Source: Gammaproteobacteria bacterium (GTDB taxonomy: Bacteria > Pseudomonadota > Gammaproteobacteria > Eutrophobiales > Eutrophobiaceae). From it: a stretch of DNA of 64,000 bases. Below are positions 22,368-34,246 of this stretch, piece after piece. The notes below the pieces were generated by a model that did not search any database, was not told where the DNA came from, and saw only the letters and a list, made by a program, of their open reading frames with translations. The stretch is taken from NCBI GenBank assembly GCA_012103475.1, contig WLWS01000001.1, positions 641,881 through 705,880 on the forward strand, in the 5' to 3' direction. The first letter of the stretch is position 1; every line of letters starts with the position of its first letter. A program made the position numbers and the translations under genes.

Positions 22368-23930
22368 ATGGCTTCTGTGCAATGCGCGCTGGTCAGCGTG
22401 TCTGACAAAACAGGTGTTGTCGAATTATGTAAAGAACTCGCCGCACTCAGAATAAAAATCCTGTCCACTGGCGGTACCGCCAAACTACTAAGCGACAACG
22501 ATATACCTGTCGTTGAAGTTTCCGACCACACCGGCTTCCCCGAAATTATGGACGGCCGGGTAAAAACTCTGCATCCGAAAATTCACGGCGGCTTATTGGG
22601 CAGACGTGGTCAGGACGATGCCGTAATGCAGGAAAATGATATCGAGGCCATCGATCTGGTGGTGGTAAATCTCTACCCTTTTGAAGCCACTGTCAGTCGC
22701 AGTGATTGCAGTCTTGACGAGGCGATAGAAAACATCGACATCGGTGGCCCGACTATGCTTCGATCGGCAGCAAAAAATCATGCTCATGTTGGCGTCGTGG
22801 TGGATGTTTCTGATTACAAAAAAATAATCGATGAGCTAAAACAAAACGATGCTAGTCTGAAAGACAGCACACGCTTCGAGCTTGCACAGAAAGTGTTCGC
22901 TCACACCGCGAATTATGATGCCACGGTGTCCAACTACCTTGGAGCAATTACAGCGGACGGTGGCTATCTTGCTTTTCCAAAAACCTACAGTATGCAATTC
23001 GCCAGATTGCAGGACATGCGCTACGGCGAAAATCCTCATCAGAGTGCCGCTTTCTACAAACAATTGAGTGTGCCGGGTGGCACCCTTGCCAGTGCCAGAC
23101 AACTACAGGGCAAGGAACTGTCATATAACAATATCGCTGACTCAGATGCGGCACTGGAATGTGTATTGGCTTTTGAAGAACCAGCCTGTGTCATTGTCAA
23201 ACACGCCAACCCCTGTGGCGTCGCCATCGCTGACTCGATACTCGAGGCTTACGAAGCTGCTTTCACGACTGATCCCACTTCCGCTTTTGGCGGCATAATC
23301 GCTTTTAATCGGGCACTCGATAGCACAACTGCCAGAGCGATCGTTGAGAAGCAGTTTACTGAAGTAATTATCGCGCCAACTATTGATGAAGACGCACTGG
23401 AAATATGTGCCAGCAAGGCCGGAGTCAGAGTACTGAGCGTGGGCGAACGCAGCAGCACAATTCATCAGATGGAGCTAAAGCGGGTAAGTGGCGGATTATT
23501 GATACAGGACGGTGACAACGGCACAGTCACAGAAAAAAATCTGAAAGTAGTCAGTCAACGAAAACCGGATGAGCAGGAATTAAACGACCTCCTGTTTGCC
23601 TGGAAAGTAGCCAAATATGTCAAGTCCAATGCCATTGTTTATGTCAAAGACGGTAAGACTGTTGGCGTCGGAGCCGGTCAGATGAGCCGTATCTACAGTG
23701 CCCGTATCGCCGCCATAAAGGCCGAAGATGAAGGTCTGCAGGTGAGCGGATCGGTTATGGCATCAGACGCTTTTTTTCCTTTTCGCGATGGCATTGATTC
23801 AGCTGCCAGCGTCGGTATACGTGCCGTCATTCAACCCGGTGGTTCAGTCAGGGATGATGAGGTAATCGCAGCTGCCAATGAACACGATATAGCCATGGTC
23901 TTTACCAGTATGCGCCATTTCCGGCACTGA
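22368..23930 (+). CDS. purH: Bifunctional AICAR transformylase / IMP cyclohydrolase
   Basis: 520 aa. [22 protein letters not shown] and the C-terminal FTSMRHFRH are PurH hallmarks. Confidence 0.97.
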   Translation: MASVQCALVSVSDKTGVVELCKELAALRIKILSTGGTAKLLSDNDIPVVEVSDHTGFPEIMDGRVKTLHPKIHGGLLGRRGQDDAVMQENDIEAIDLVVVNLYPFEATVSRSDCSLDEAIENIDIGGPTMLRSAAKNHAHVGVVVDVSDYKKIIDELKQNDASLKDSTRFELAQKVFAHTANYDATVSNYLGAITADGGYLAFPKTYSMQFARLQDMRYGENPHQSAAFYKQLSVPGGTLASARQLQGKELSYNNIADSDAALECVLAFEEPACVIVKHANPCGVAIADSILEAYEAAFTTDPTSAFGGIIAFNRALDSTTARAIVEKQFTEVIIAPTIDEDALEICASKAGVRVLSVGERSSTIHQMELKRVSGGLLIQDGDNGTVTEKNLKVVSQRKPDEQELNDLLFAWKVAKYVKSNAIVYVKDGKTVGVGAGQMSRIYSARIAAIKAEDEGLQVSGSVMASDAFFPFRDGIDSAASVGIRAVIQPGGSVRDDEVIAAANEHDIAMVFTSMRHFRH

Positions 23931-23940
23931 TGCAGGTTAC

Positions 23941-25236
23941 ATGAAAATTCTTATTGTAGGCGGCGGCGGACGCGAGCACGCACTTGCCTGGAAAGCGGCG
24001 CAATCGGTCGAAGTCAGCCATGTATATGTCGCTCCCGGAAATGCCGGCACTGCGAGGGAGGCAAAAGTTGAGAATATCCCACTCGCTGCCGATAACATTG
24101 CCGGCCTTCTCGACTTCGCGCTCAAGAACTCAATCGACTTAAGCATTATTGGACCTGAAGTGCCCCTGGTTGAGGGCATAGTGGATGAATTTCAGAATCA
24201 GGGACTGGCCTGCTTCGGTCCCTGCAAACAGGCTGCGCAGCTGGAAGGATCAAAGTCATTCAGCAAGGATTTTTTTGTTCGACACAATATTCCGAGCGCA
24301 GACTATCAGCATTTCACAGACGTGACTGCAGCACTTGCCTATGTTCATGAAAAAGGTGCGCCTATTGTCATAAAGGCAGACGGCCTTGCTGCGGGAAAGG
24401 GTGTTGTAGTCGCGCAGACAGAAAGCGAGGCAAGCGCAGCCGTTACCGATATGCTCAGTGATAACAAATTTGGTGATGCGGGACAAAGCATTGTCATAGA
24501 AGAGTTCCTTGAAGGTGAAGAAGCCAGTTTTATCGTTGTCTGTGATGGTGAGCACAGCCTGCCTTTGGCCAGCTCTCAAGACCACAAGGCAAGAGACGAA
24601 GGCGACAGGGGGCCCAATACCGGTGGAATGGGAGCTTATTCACCCGCCCCTGTAGTGGATGACAAAATGCATGACATAATCATGCGGGAAGTCATTGAAC
24701 CCGCCGTAGCGGGTATGAAAAAAGACGGTAGTCCCTACGTCGGTTTTTTGTATGCAGGCATTATGGTCACCCCGAGTGGTGAACCGAAGGTACTCGAATT
24801 TAATTGTCGCTTCGGTGATCCCGAGACTCAGCCAATACTGATGCGTCTACAGAGCGACCTCATAGAAATGTGCAACATGGCACTGCAGGGCAAACTGGAT
24901 CAACATCAGTTGAGATGGGATGAGCGCGCCGCCCTCGGTATCGTCATGGCTTCTGCCGGCTACCCGGAAAATGCGAGCAAAGGTGATCTTATTGAAGGCC
25001 TTGATTCGATAGATAATGACAATGTGAAAACTTTTCATGCTGGTACCGAACTGAAAAACCAACAGGTCTTCACAGCCGGAGGACGTGTTTTATGTGTCAC
25101 CGCTCTTGGTGATTCTGTCAGCGAAGCTCAAAAATCAGCCTATTCAGGGGCTACAAAAATCTCTTGTACGGGCATGTTTTTTCGAAATGATATTGGTTAT
25201 CGTGCTGTGAATCGGGAAAAAAGCGAAAATAATTAA
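23941..25236 (+). CDS. purD: Phosphoribosylamine--glycine ligase
   Basis: 431 aa. [19 protein letters not shown]-terminus with an ATP-grasp core. Confidence 0.97.
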   Translation: MKILIVGGGGREHALAWKAAQSVEVSHVYVAPGNAGTAREAKVENIPLAADNIAGLLDFALKNSIDLSIIGPEVPLVEGIVDEFQNQGLACFGPCKQAAQLEGSKSFSKDFFVRHNIPSADYQHFTDVTAALAYVHEKGAPIVIKADGLAAGKGVVVAQTESEASAAVTDMLSDNKFGDAGQSIVIEEFLEGEEASFIVVCDGEHSLPLASSQDHKARDEGDRGPNTGGMGAYSPAPVVDDKMHDIIMREVIEPAVAGMKKDGSPYVGFLYAGIMVTPSGEPKVLEFNCRFGDPETQPILMRLQSDLIEMCNMALQGKLDQHQLRWDERAALGIVMASAGYPENASKGDLIEGLDSIDNDNVKTFHAGTELKNQQVFTAGGRVLCVTALGDSVSEAQKSAYSGATKISCTGMFFRNDIGYRAVNREKSENN

Positions 25237-25265
25237 TAATTGTTTTAAAAAGCGTGAAATTACTA

Positions 25266-25294
25266 TTGGATTCGTTCGAGTAAAATAGGATAAT
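25266..25294 (+). promoter_or_regulatory. Candidate sigma70 promoter for the HU-like gene
   Basis: TTGGAT (25266-25271), a 17-nt spacer, then GATAAT (25289-25294). It lies ~120 nt upstream of the ATG at 25413. Confidence 0.35.
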
Positions 25295-25412
25295 CTCCGC
25301 GCCTGATAGCTGAAGCTCAAAGGCAAATACCAAATCCCCTGCCGCTGTTTGATAAAAAACAACGGTGTAATTTTAACAAGAAAACTTTATCGGAAATTAA
25401 TGAGGTTATAAA

Positions 25413-25745
25413 ATGGCGAAAAAACCAGCTGCAATTGCAACCAAACAAACCAAGTCACAAATCCTTAGTTCTTTATCAGAGGATACCGGTCTAACCAAAA
25501 AAGAAGTCGCGGCTGTTATGGACGCTATGGCAGATCTGGCACACCGTCACCTTAAGAAAAAAGGTTCTGGTGAATTTACTGTTCCATCTCTCGGTATTAA
25601 ACTACGCCGGGTTATGAAACCTGCACGTAAAGCCCGCAAAGGTGTGAATCCTTTTACTGGCGAAGAGATCATGATCAAGGCAAAACCTGCGACTACAAGT
25701 GTTCGCGCTGTTGCCCTGAAAGCGATTAAGGATGCTGTAGCTTAA
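25413..25745 (+). CDS. HU/IHF-family DNA-binding protein with basic N-terminal extension
   Basis: 110 aa. The HU core includes the GVNPFTGEEI arm region. It is preceded by about 15-20 extra Lys/Ala-rich residues (MAKKPAAIATKQTK). Confidence 0.8.
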   Translation: MAKKPAAIATKQTKSQILSSLSEDTGLTKKEVAAVMDAMADLAHRHLKKKGSGEFTVPSLGIKLRRVMKPARKARKGVNPFTGEEIMIKAKPATTSVRAVALKAIKDAVA

Positions 25746-25761
25746 TTGGTTTCAGGCTTGT

Positions 25762-26406
25762 TCAAAAAGGCCGCCAATCGAGAAAATTACTGAGTAAACG
25801 CAGGCCCGCCTGCTGACTTTTTTCCGGATGAAACTGGGTTGCAAAAAAATTATCACGGGCTATTGCAGAGGTAAAATCCAGGCCATAATCGCTTAAGGCC
25901 GCACAATCCTCCCGCCTGACCGGCTCTACATAGTAGCTGTGAACAAAGTAAAAACGCTCCCCGTTCTCAATACCGGACCAGAGTGGATGTGCATGTTGCT
26001 GATGCACACGATTCCAGCCCATATGCGGAACCTTCAGGGTATTTCCCGCTTCATCCATCAGCTTGTGCTGAAAACGGCGAACCTTCCCGCTGACGATCCC
26101 AAGTCCGTCTGTGCCTCCGTTTTCCTCACTGAAATCCATTAGTGATTGCAAACCCAGGCAAATACCAAGAAAAGGTTTTTCCGCAATACTCTCGGCAATC
26201 AGCCCCTGAAGATCTTTTTCTGCAAGCGCCTGCATACACTGCCCCATTGCTCCCTGACCGGGGAAAACAATCTTGTCCGCAGCAAGAATCTCTTTTGCCT
26301 TGTCGCTGACAAGAATACGAGTGTCGGCGTCAGCCACATACTCGAGTGCCTTGCTAACTGAACGGAGATTACTGGAACCGTAATCGATTACAGCTAAAGT
26401 CTGCAT
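25762..26406 (-). CDS. hisH: Imidazole glycerol phosphate synthase, glutamine amidotransferase subunit
   Basis: 214 aa. It has the class I GATase motif GICLGLQ and HSY..., and lies downstream of hisB. Confidence 0.95.
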   Translation of the reverse strand: MQTLAVIDYGSSNLRSVSKALEYVADADTRILVSDKAKEILAADKIVFPGQGAMGQCMQALAEKDLQGLIAESIAEKPFLGICLGLQSLMDFSEENGGTDGLGIVSGKVRRFQHKLMDEAGNTLKVPHMGWNRVHQQHAHPLWSGIENGERFYFVHSYYVEPVRREDCAALSDYGLDFTSAIARDNFFATQFHPEKSQQAGLRLLSNFLDWRPF

Positions 26407-26417
26407 ATCAGGCTGGC

Positions 26418-27014
26418 TTAAAGAGCCCCTTTAGTCGAAGGTAATGTACCCTGCATACGCGGGTCGATTTCAACAGCCATACGTAGTGCCCGGCCGAATG
26501 CCTTAAAAATAGTTTCGGCAATATGATGAGCATTTCGTCCACGCAGATTATCAATGTGCAGTGTGACCTGAGCATGATTGACAAATCCCTGAAAAAATTC
26601 GCTGAGAAGATCAATATCAAAGTCGCCGACTCGTGCACGCGGGTAATCAATCTGGTACTCAAGACCAGGTCGTCCGGAGCAGTCCAGAACCACACGGGAC
26701 AGTGCCTCATCGAGAGGCACATAGGCATGACCATAACGACGGATACCCTTTTTGTCTCCCAATGCTTCTTTGAGAGCCTGACCAAGCGTAATACCGACAT
26801 CCTCGACGGTGTGATGAGCGTCGATTTCAAGATCACCTCTGGCGACGATGTTCAGATCAAAAAGACCATGGCGAGACACCTGATCCAGCATATGCTCCAG
26901 AAAAGGCACGCCGATATCGTAGCTGGCCTCCCCTGTACCATCCAGATTCAGTTCCACACTGATTTGTGTTTCTTTGGTGTCCCGGTTTATTTTTGCCGTA
27001 CGCTTCGTAGTCAT
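26418..27014 (-). CDS. hisB: Imidazoleglycerol-phosphate dehydratase
   Basis: 198 aa. [17 protein letters not shown] and NAHHIAE motifs are present. Confidence 0.95.
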   Translation of the reverse strand: MTTKRTAKINRDTKETQISVELNLDGTGEASYDIGVPFLEHMLDQVSRHGLFDLNIVARGDLEIDAHHTVEDVGITLGQALKEALGDKKGIRRYGHAYVPLDEALSRVVLDCSGRPGLEYQIDYPRARVGDFDIDLLSEFFQGFVNHAQVTLHIDNLRGRNAHHIAETIFKAFGRALRMAVEIDPRMQGTLPSTKGAL

Positions 27015-27148
27015 TAGTCCTGCTCAAAGTTTATAATGGTTTCCACCAGAGCTCGCTGATTCTGTATATTGGTGGCTTGAACGGCGTAGGATAACCCGAT
27101 AAGAGGCTGGACAAAAATTTATTATGGGAAAACCCCTGGAGTATTTGA

Positions 27149-29168
<2,020 letters not shown>

Positions 29169-29193
<25 letters not shown>

Positions 29194-29531
29194 ACAACAA
29201 GAACATTCAAAAGGGCAAGAAAGACGGCAGCCGATCCTATATCTTTTGCTCTGCCGGAAAGTTCGTGAGGCTCGTCGCCAATCCGATCAACAGCGGCTTC
29301 GACGGCAGAATTGAGCAGTTCAACTATTAGCACCAGGATCAGCACGGAGATCAGCAAAGCCTTCTCCATGCCGCCTTTTCCGAATATCAGCCCAATTGGT
29401 GTCAGGATGGCAGTGAGATAGCTCTCCTGTCTAAAAGCGGCTTCATTCCTGAAAGCGGCACAAAGACCTTGCCAGGAAAATTGTGTCGCGTTCATAACTC
29501 GTTTAAATCCGGTGATTCCTGGTTTTGGCAT
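29169..29531 (-). CDS. dgkA: Diacylglycerol kinase
   Basis: 120 aa from the Met at 29531. GFKRVMNATQFSWQGL...NEAAFRQE and ELLNSAVEAAVDR match DgkA. The ORF track extends 16 codons further upstream. Confidence 0.9.
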
Positions 29532-29634
29532 TAGAACCTTTCTGGTAAAATCAGAAAAACTAAACTGAATCGCCTGCAAGCGCCTCAGAAACTCGGGGAA
29601 GAATACAACATTTTAAGCTGCCTGGAACAGTCGG

Positions 29635-30708
29635 CTAATAATCATCAGGTGCAAAAACAACCAGATGATCGAGTTCAAGACGAATACCAATGGCTTCGTC
29701 AATAGCGTGATTATGATGACTTGGCACCAGTGACAGTACCTGAGCATGACTTTGCAATTCCAGAGTATAAAGAAACTCAGCTCCTCTGAAGGACTTGTCC
29801 AGCACCTTTGCCTGCATATCGCTATTGTCATCATGAATAATATCATCCGGCCGAATCAGCACCCGGACTTTATCGTTTGTCTTAAACCCGTGATTGCGGC
29901 GACCGTTTATTATACCCAGTTCGGTTTCAACCCTTTTGCTATCAATAACTGTACCGCCTATGAATACACCGTCACCGATAAAATCAGCGACATAAGTGCT
30001 AGCTGGTTGATGATATAAAGTGAAAGCATCGTCCCATTGCAGGAGAGTGCCGTCGCGCATTACACCGATTGAATCGGCCATTGCAAAAGCTTCCATTTGA
30101 TTGTGTGTCACCAGTATTGCCGTTATGCCGTTTTTCTTAAGCACCTCCCGCATTTCCCTGGCAATCTGCTCACGCAGTTCTATATCGAGACTGGCGAAAG
30201 GCTCATCCAGTAAAAGGATATTGGGGCGGGTAGCAATCGCCCTGGCAAGCGCGACGCGTTGTTGTTGCCCGCCGGAGAGACGATGAGGATACTCATCGAG
30301 CAAAAGCTGCACTTCCAGTAAATCCGCCATTTCGCTAACGCGCTCATCTTGCTCACTTCGGCTCAGTTTGTGAATACCAAAGGAAATGTTCTCACGCACT
30401 TTCAGATGTGGAAACAAGGCGTAATCCTGAAAGACCATACCGACGTGACGATTTTCTACCGGCACCGATCGGTCTGGGTCACTGACCAGACGCGATTCGA
30501 GCCAGATTTCTCCCGCGTCTGCTTGTTCAAAACCGGCAATACTGCGCAATAAGGTCGTTTTTCCACAGCCGCTCGGACCCAGCAGGCAACCAATCTCGCC
30601 TTTTTCAAGGGAAAACGACAGAGACTTAACTATCGATCGCCCTTCCAGGGCCACGCTGACTTCTTTCAATTCGAGTGTATTAGTCATGTCCTGGTCGTGA
30701 TTTGGCAA
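29635..30708 (-). CDS. fbpC: Fe(3+) ABC transporter ATP-binding protein
   Basis: 357 aa. It has Walker A GPSGCGKTT, signature LSGGQQQRV, Walker B LLLDEP and a C-terminal TOBE-like domain. The start could instead be the Met at 30687. Confidence 0.85.
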   Translation of the reverse strand: MPNHDQDMTNTLELKEVSVALEGRSIVKSLSFSLEKGEIGCLLGPSGCGKTTLLRSIAGFEQADAGEIWLESRLVSDPDRSVPVENRHVGMVFQDYALFPHLKVRENISFGIHKLSRSEQDERVSEMADLLEVQLLLDEYPHRLSGGQQQRVALARAIATRPNILLLDEPFASLDIELREQIAREMREVLKKNGITAILVTHNQMEAFAMADSIGVMRDGTLLQWDDAFTLYHQPASTYVADFIGDGVFIGGTVIDSKRVETELGIINGRRNHGFKTNDKVRVLIRPDDIIHDDNSDMQAKVLDKSFRGAEFLYTLELQSHAQVLSLVPSHHNHAIDEAIGIRLELDHLVVFAPDDY

Positions 30709-32356
30709 TCGAGCGGCTCAATATAATAACCGGAATAATACCAGCCAGCACAATTGCTAGCGCCGGGCTCGCCGCATCAGCCAGTCTTTCCTCATTGGCA
30801 AGCTCATAGGTTCTGATAGCGAGGGTATTAAAATTAAATGGTCTGAGGATTAATGTTGCCGGCAGTTCTTTCAACACATCCACAAAAACCAGTAGCAGTG
30901 CTGTAAGAAGCGACCCCTTTAACATTGGCACATGCACCCGCCGCAAAATGGCGAGCGTGGGTAAACCCATGCTGCGGCCGACTTCATCCATAGTCGGTCG
31001 AATCTTGCTCAGACCGGCCTCAACCGTGTTCATAGACACCGGCAGGAAGCGAACCAGATAAGCAAACACTAGCGCGAAAAGCGTCCCGCTGAAAAGCAGA
31101 CCTGTACTGATATCCATATTTTCCCGCATCCAACCGTCTATCCGGTTATCCAGCCAGCTAAAGGGAATTAGCACACCGACTGCAATCACCGTGCCCGGAA
31201 TGGCATAACCGGTACTTAGCAATCTGACGATAAAACGGCTTAATGAATTAGACAACACGCGCTTGCCGTAGCAAATAAAAACAGCAAGCACCAGAGCCGC
31301 AAGCGAGGCCAATGCCGCTAATTCAAGACTGTGAGCAAGCAAGCTCAGAAACTCGTCATCAATCACATCCGACCAGGTTTGTTTTGCCCAGACGAGCAAC
31401 TGAATCGCGGGCACTATAAAACCGAAGGTAAGCGGTACTATGCAAATCAATGTCGGTACGAATCTACGCCAACCAGTAAACTGCGTGCGCCGCAGTTTGC
31501 TGTAACGTGTGCTGGTGTGATGATAGCGTGCCTGCTTTCGTGACCAGGCTTCCAGCAACACGACCAGCGTGATAAAACCCAGCAGCACGGCGGCAAGCTG
31601 AGCCGCGGCGACGCTACTGCCAAGACCAAACCAGGTGCGGAATATTCCGGTGGTAAAAGTCTCCACACCGAAATACTGTACGGTACCGTAATCAGCCAGC
31701 GTTTCCATCATAACCAGAGAAAGACCCGCTATGATGGCAGGCCGAGCCAGCGGCAGAGCCACCTTAAAAAAAGAACGGCAGGGTCCGCAACCAAGCGATC
31801 GGGAGACTTCAAGGACGCAGATGGATTGCTCATTAAAAGCCGCGCGACAGAGCAAATACACATAGGGGTACAGAACCAGTGCCAACATCAATATGGCTCC
31901 GCCTATAGAGCGTATTTCAGGAAACCAGTAGTCACCGAATTGCCAGCCAAACAAATCCCTGAGTTGTGATTGCAGCGGGCCGGCCGCATCCAGCATACCG
32001 GTATAGGTATAGGCAATGATGTAAGCAGGCATGGCCATCGGAAGCAACAAGCCCCAGGACAGCACTTTCCTGCCGGGGAAATCATACATCGTCGTCAACC
32101 AGGCCGGAACAGTACCCAGCACCATCGCAAGTGCACACACACCAGCAAGCAGTATCAGGGAATTAACAACGTAAGAAGACAGTACCGTTTCATAAAGATG
32201 TTGCCAGACATCTGCACCTGGCAAGAACACTGAGAAAACAATACAAACAACCGGTATTGCCAGTACCAGCGACAGTAACATGAGCAACAACAGCCAGGGA
32301 TGAAAATTGCCTGTCGCTAAGGAAGGAGTTGGCGCCTCAAGAGTGGCACTGGTCAT
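30680..32356 (-). CDS. fbpB: Fe(3+) ABC transporter permease (duplicated permease domains)
   Basis: 558 aa. It shows a 12-TM-type pattern with two ABC permease modules, and sits between fbpA and fbpC. Confidence 0.85.
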   Translation of the reverse strand: MTSATLEAPTPSLATGNFHPWLLLLMLLSLVLAIPVVCIVFSVFLPGADVWQHLYETVLSSYVVNSLILLAGVCALAMVLGTVPAWLTTMYDFPGRKVLSWGLLLPMAMPAYIIAYTYTGMLDAAGPLQSQLRDLFGWQFGDYWFPEIRSIGGAILMLALVLYPYVYLLCRAAFNEQSICVLEVSRSLGCGPCRSFFKVALPLARPAIIAGLSLVMMETLADYGTVQYFGVETFTTGIFRTWFGLGSSVAAAQLAAVLLGFITLVVLLEAWSRKQARYHHTSTRYSKLRRTQFTGWRRFVPTLICIVPLTFGFIVPAIQLLVWAKQTWSDVIDDEFLSLLAHSLELAALASLAALVLAVFICYGKRVLSNSLSRFIVRLLSTGYAIPGTVIAVGVLIPFSWLDNRIDGWMRENMDISTGLLFSGTLFALVFAYLVRFLPVSMNTVEAGLSKIRPTMDEVGRSMGLPTLAILRRVHVPMLKGSLLTALLLVFVDVLKELPATLILRPFNFNTLAIRTYELANEERLADAASPALAIVLAGIIPVIILSRSIAKSRPGHD

Positions 32357-32387
32357 AGAGCCTGAATCCCTGCTCAGCGAGACCCGA

Positions 32388-33395
32388 TTACTTCCAACCG
32401 GCTCGATCCATTAGTCTTACTGCGCTGGCATTCAATTCTCCCAGCCGACTAAGTGCCAGATCATCGGCTTTAAAGTCGCCCCAGGAGCGCAGGATCTCGC
32501 TGACTGGCACATCGCTGCGCACCGGATACTCATGATTATTCTCCGCGTACCAGAGTTGTGCCTCGGCACCGCTCAGGTATTCCAGTAACTTCCGGGCTTC
32601 CTCTTTGTGCATGGATGAGCGCGTCACACCGGCGCCACTGATATTGACGTGGACACCTCGACCGTTCTGGTTTGGCCAGAACAACGCAACCTTATTAGCC
32701 GCGTTCACTTCCGCTTCAATTTTCGATGACAGCATGCCTGCCAGATAATAGGTATTCACCAACGCGAGCTTGCACTGACCAATGGCCACCGCCTTAATCT
32801 GATCACGATCACCGCCCTTTGGCGAGCGTGCCAGATTGGCGACCAGACCGCGGGCCCAGCCCTCCACTTTCGCCTCCCCCAGATGTACCAACATCGCACT
32901 CACCAGCGACTGGTTGTAGATGTTTGAAGAGGATCGCACGCAAACTTTCTTCTTCCAGACAGGATCGGCCAGCGCTTCATAAGTGGATAAGTCCTCAGCC
33001 GAAACGGTCTCCTTTGCATAGACAATCACTCTTGAACGCAATGACAATGCGAACCAGTAATTCTCAGGATCCCGATAAATTGACGGAATGTTTTTTGTCA
33101 GTTCCGCTGAATCCACAGCAGCCAACAAATTCAGTTGCCGGGCCCGGTGCAGACGACCCACATCAGTTGTCAGCAGAAGATCGGCGGGTGAATTCACGCC
33201 TTCCAGTTCAAGACGCTTTATCAGCGCATCGGCTTTACCGGTTATCAGGTTTACTTCAACCCCGCTTTGCTCTGTGTATTTATCCAGCAGGGGCTTAATC
33301 AACGCCTCTTTGCGCGCCGAATAGATGTTGACTTCGGCCGCAAACGACGCTTCAGCGCCAAGCAATGTAAACAGTAACAGCAGACAAATTCTCAT
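32388..33395 (-). CDS. fbpA: Fe(3+) ABC transporter periplasmic substrate-binding protein
   Basis: 335 aa. It has a signal peptide and the ferric-binding-protein pattern VNIYSARKE...LLTTD. It is the first gene of the operon and lies behind a Fur box. Confidence 0.85.
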   Translation of the reverse strand: MRICLLLLFTLLGAEASFAAEVNIYSARKEALIKPLLDKYTEQSGVEVNLITGKADALIKRLELEGVNSPADLLLTTDVGRLHRARQLNLLAAVDSAELTKNIPSIYRDPENYWFALSLRSRVIVYAKETVSAEDLSTYEALADPVWKKKVCVRSSSNIYNQSLVSAMLVHLGEAKVEGWARGLVANLARSPKGGDRDQIKAVAIGQCKLALVNTYYLAGMLSSKIEAEVNAANKVALFWPNQNGRGVHVNISGAGVTRSSMHKEEARKLLEYLSGAEAQLWYAENNHEYPVRSDVPVSEILRSWGDFKADDLALSRLGELNASAVRLMDRAGWK

Positions 33396-33438
33396 TCTTT
33401 ACCTCATTTATTCGGAAACGGGACTTTCATAATTTAAT

Positions 33439-33463
33439 GATAATGATAATGATAATCGTTCTC
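33439..33463 (-). promoter_or_regulatory. Fur box upstream of fbpA
   Basis: GATAATGATAATGATAATC matches 17/19 of the Fur consensus GATAATGATAATCATTATC. It is three tandem GATAAT hexamers, 44-68 nt upstream of the fbpA ATG. Confidence 0.75.
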
Positions 33464-33642
33464 ATGTACTTCGTCTATTTATCTGATTCCTAAGACACTG
33501 GTATCAAGCTCAAGAAACTTCTCGAGCTCGTCGCTATAGTAGTAAGTAATTTCTAAAAAATGGCTGTAAAACAGCCTATGCTATAGTATTTGCCACTTAG
33601 GCTTCACCCCCCAACTAACAATAATTAAGGAGGGATGCTTGT

Positions 33643-34215
33643 ATGGACGTATCCACTTTTATTTTTCTAGGTGTTCTGGGTGCAGCGGCGCTCTATGCCG
33701 TCACCATTTATAACAATCTCGTTTCTCTCAAGCACAACGTCGAAAAAGCCTGGTCAAACATCGATGTCCTGCTTAAACAAAGACACGACGAACTGCCAAA
33801 ACTGGTAGAAACCTGCAAGCAATACATGAAGCATGAGCAGGAAACCCTGGAAAAAGTCATGCAGGCACGCTCAGCTGTTGCCTCTGCCCGCCAGCAAAGT
33901 GATGTCGGAGCACTCGGTCCTGCAGAAACCCAACTGAGAATGGGTCTTGGCAACCTTTTCGCTCTCGCCGAGGCCTACCCTGACCTGAAAGCGAATGATA
34001 ATTTTCAGCATCTGCAAAGCCGGATTTCCGGGCTCGAAAATGCGATTGCCGACCGTCGTGAATTTTATAACGAAAGCGTTAATACCAATAATATCCGGGT
34101 CGAACAATTTCCCGACGTCATCATTGCCCGCAACCTCGGTTTTGGCGCCAAGCCTTTGCTGGAGTTCAGTGAGGAAGAGAAGAAAGACGTCAATATGAAA
34201 GAATTATTCACCTGA
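33643..34215 (+). CDS. lemA: LemA family protein
   Basis: 190 aa. It has an N-terminal TM and the LemA core (YNNLV...VEKAWSNIDVLLKQRHDELP...RREFYNESV). Confidence 0.9.
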   Translation: MDVSTFIFLGVLGAAALYAVTIYNNLVSLKHNVEKAWSNIDVLLKQRHDELPKLVETCKQYMKHEQETLEKVMQARSAVASARQQSDVGALGPAETQLRMGLGNLFALAEAYPDLKANDNFQHLQSRISGLENAIADRREFYNESVNTNNIRVEQFPDVIIARNLGFGAKPLLEFSEEEKKDVNMKELFT

Positions 34216-34246
34216 TACATCCGCACTAGCCAGGAAAACAGGCTTC

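Noticed and set aside
26408-27017. Long ORFs overlapping hisB (142 aa in another frame on the same strand and 164 aa antisense). Similar shadow ORFs lie opposite the TRAP SBP gene (51428-51982), dusB (21058-21531), pmbA (54634-55041), fbpA (32819-33298) and the prmC-adjacent hypothetical (62650-63060).
   Set aside because: Each lies entirely within a gene that has strong family motifs on the other strand or in another frame. The translations are low-complexity, Arg/Ser/Cys-rich and without recognisable domains, which is typical of shadow ORFs.
33439-33463. Microsatellite-like (TAATGA)n repeat
   Set aside because: It is fully explained as a Fur operator hexamer array upstream of an iron transporter.
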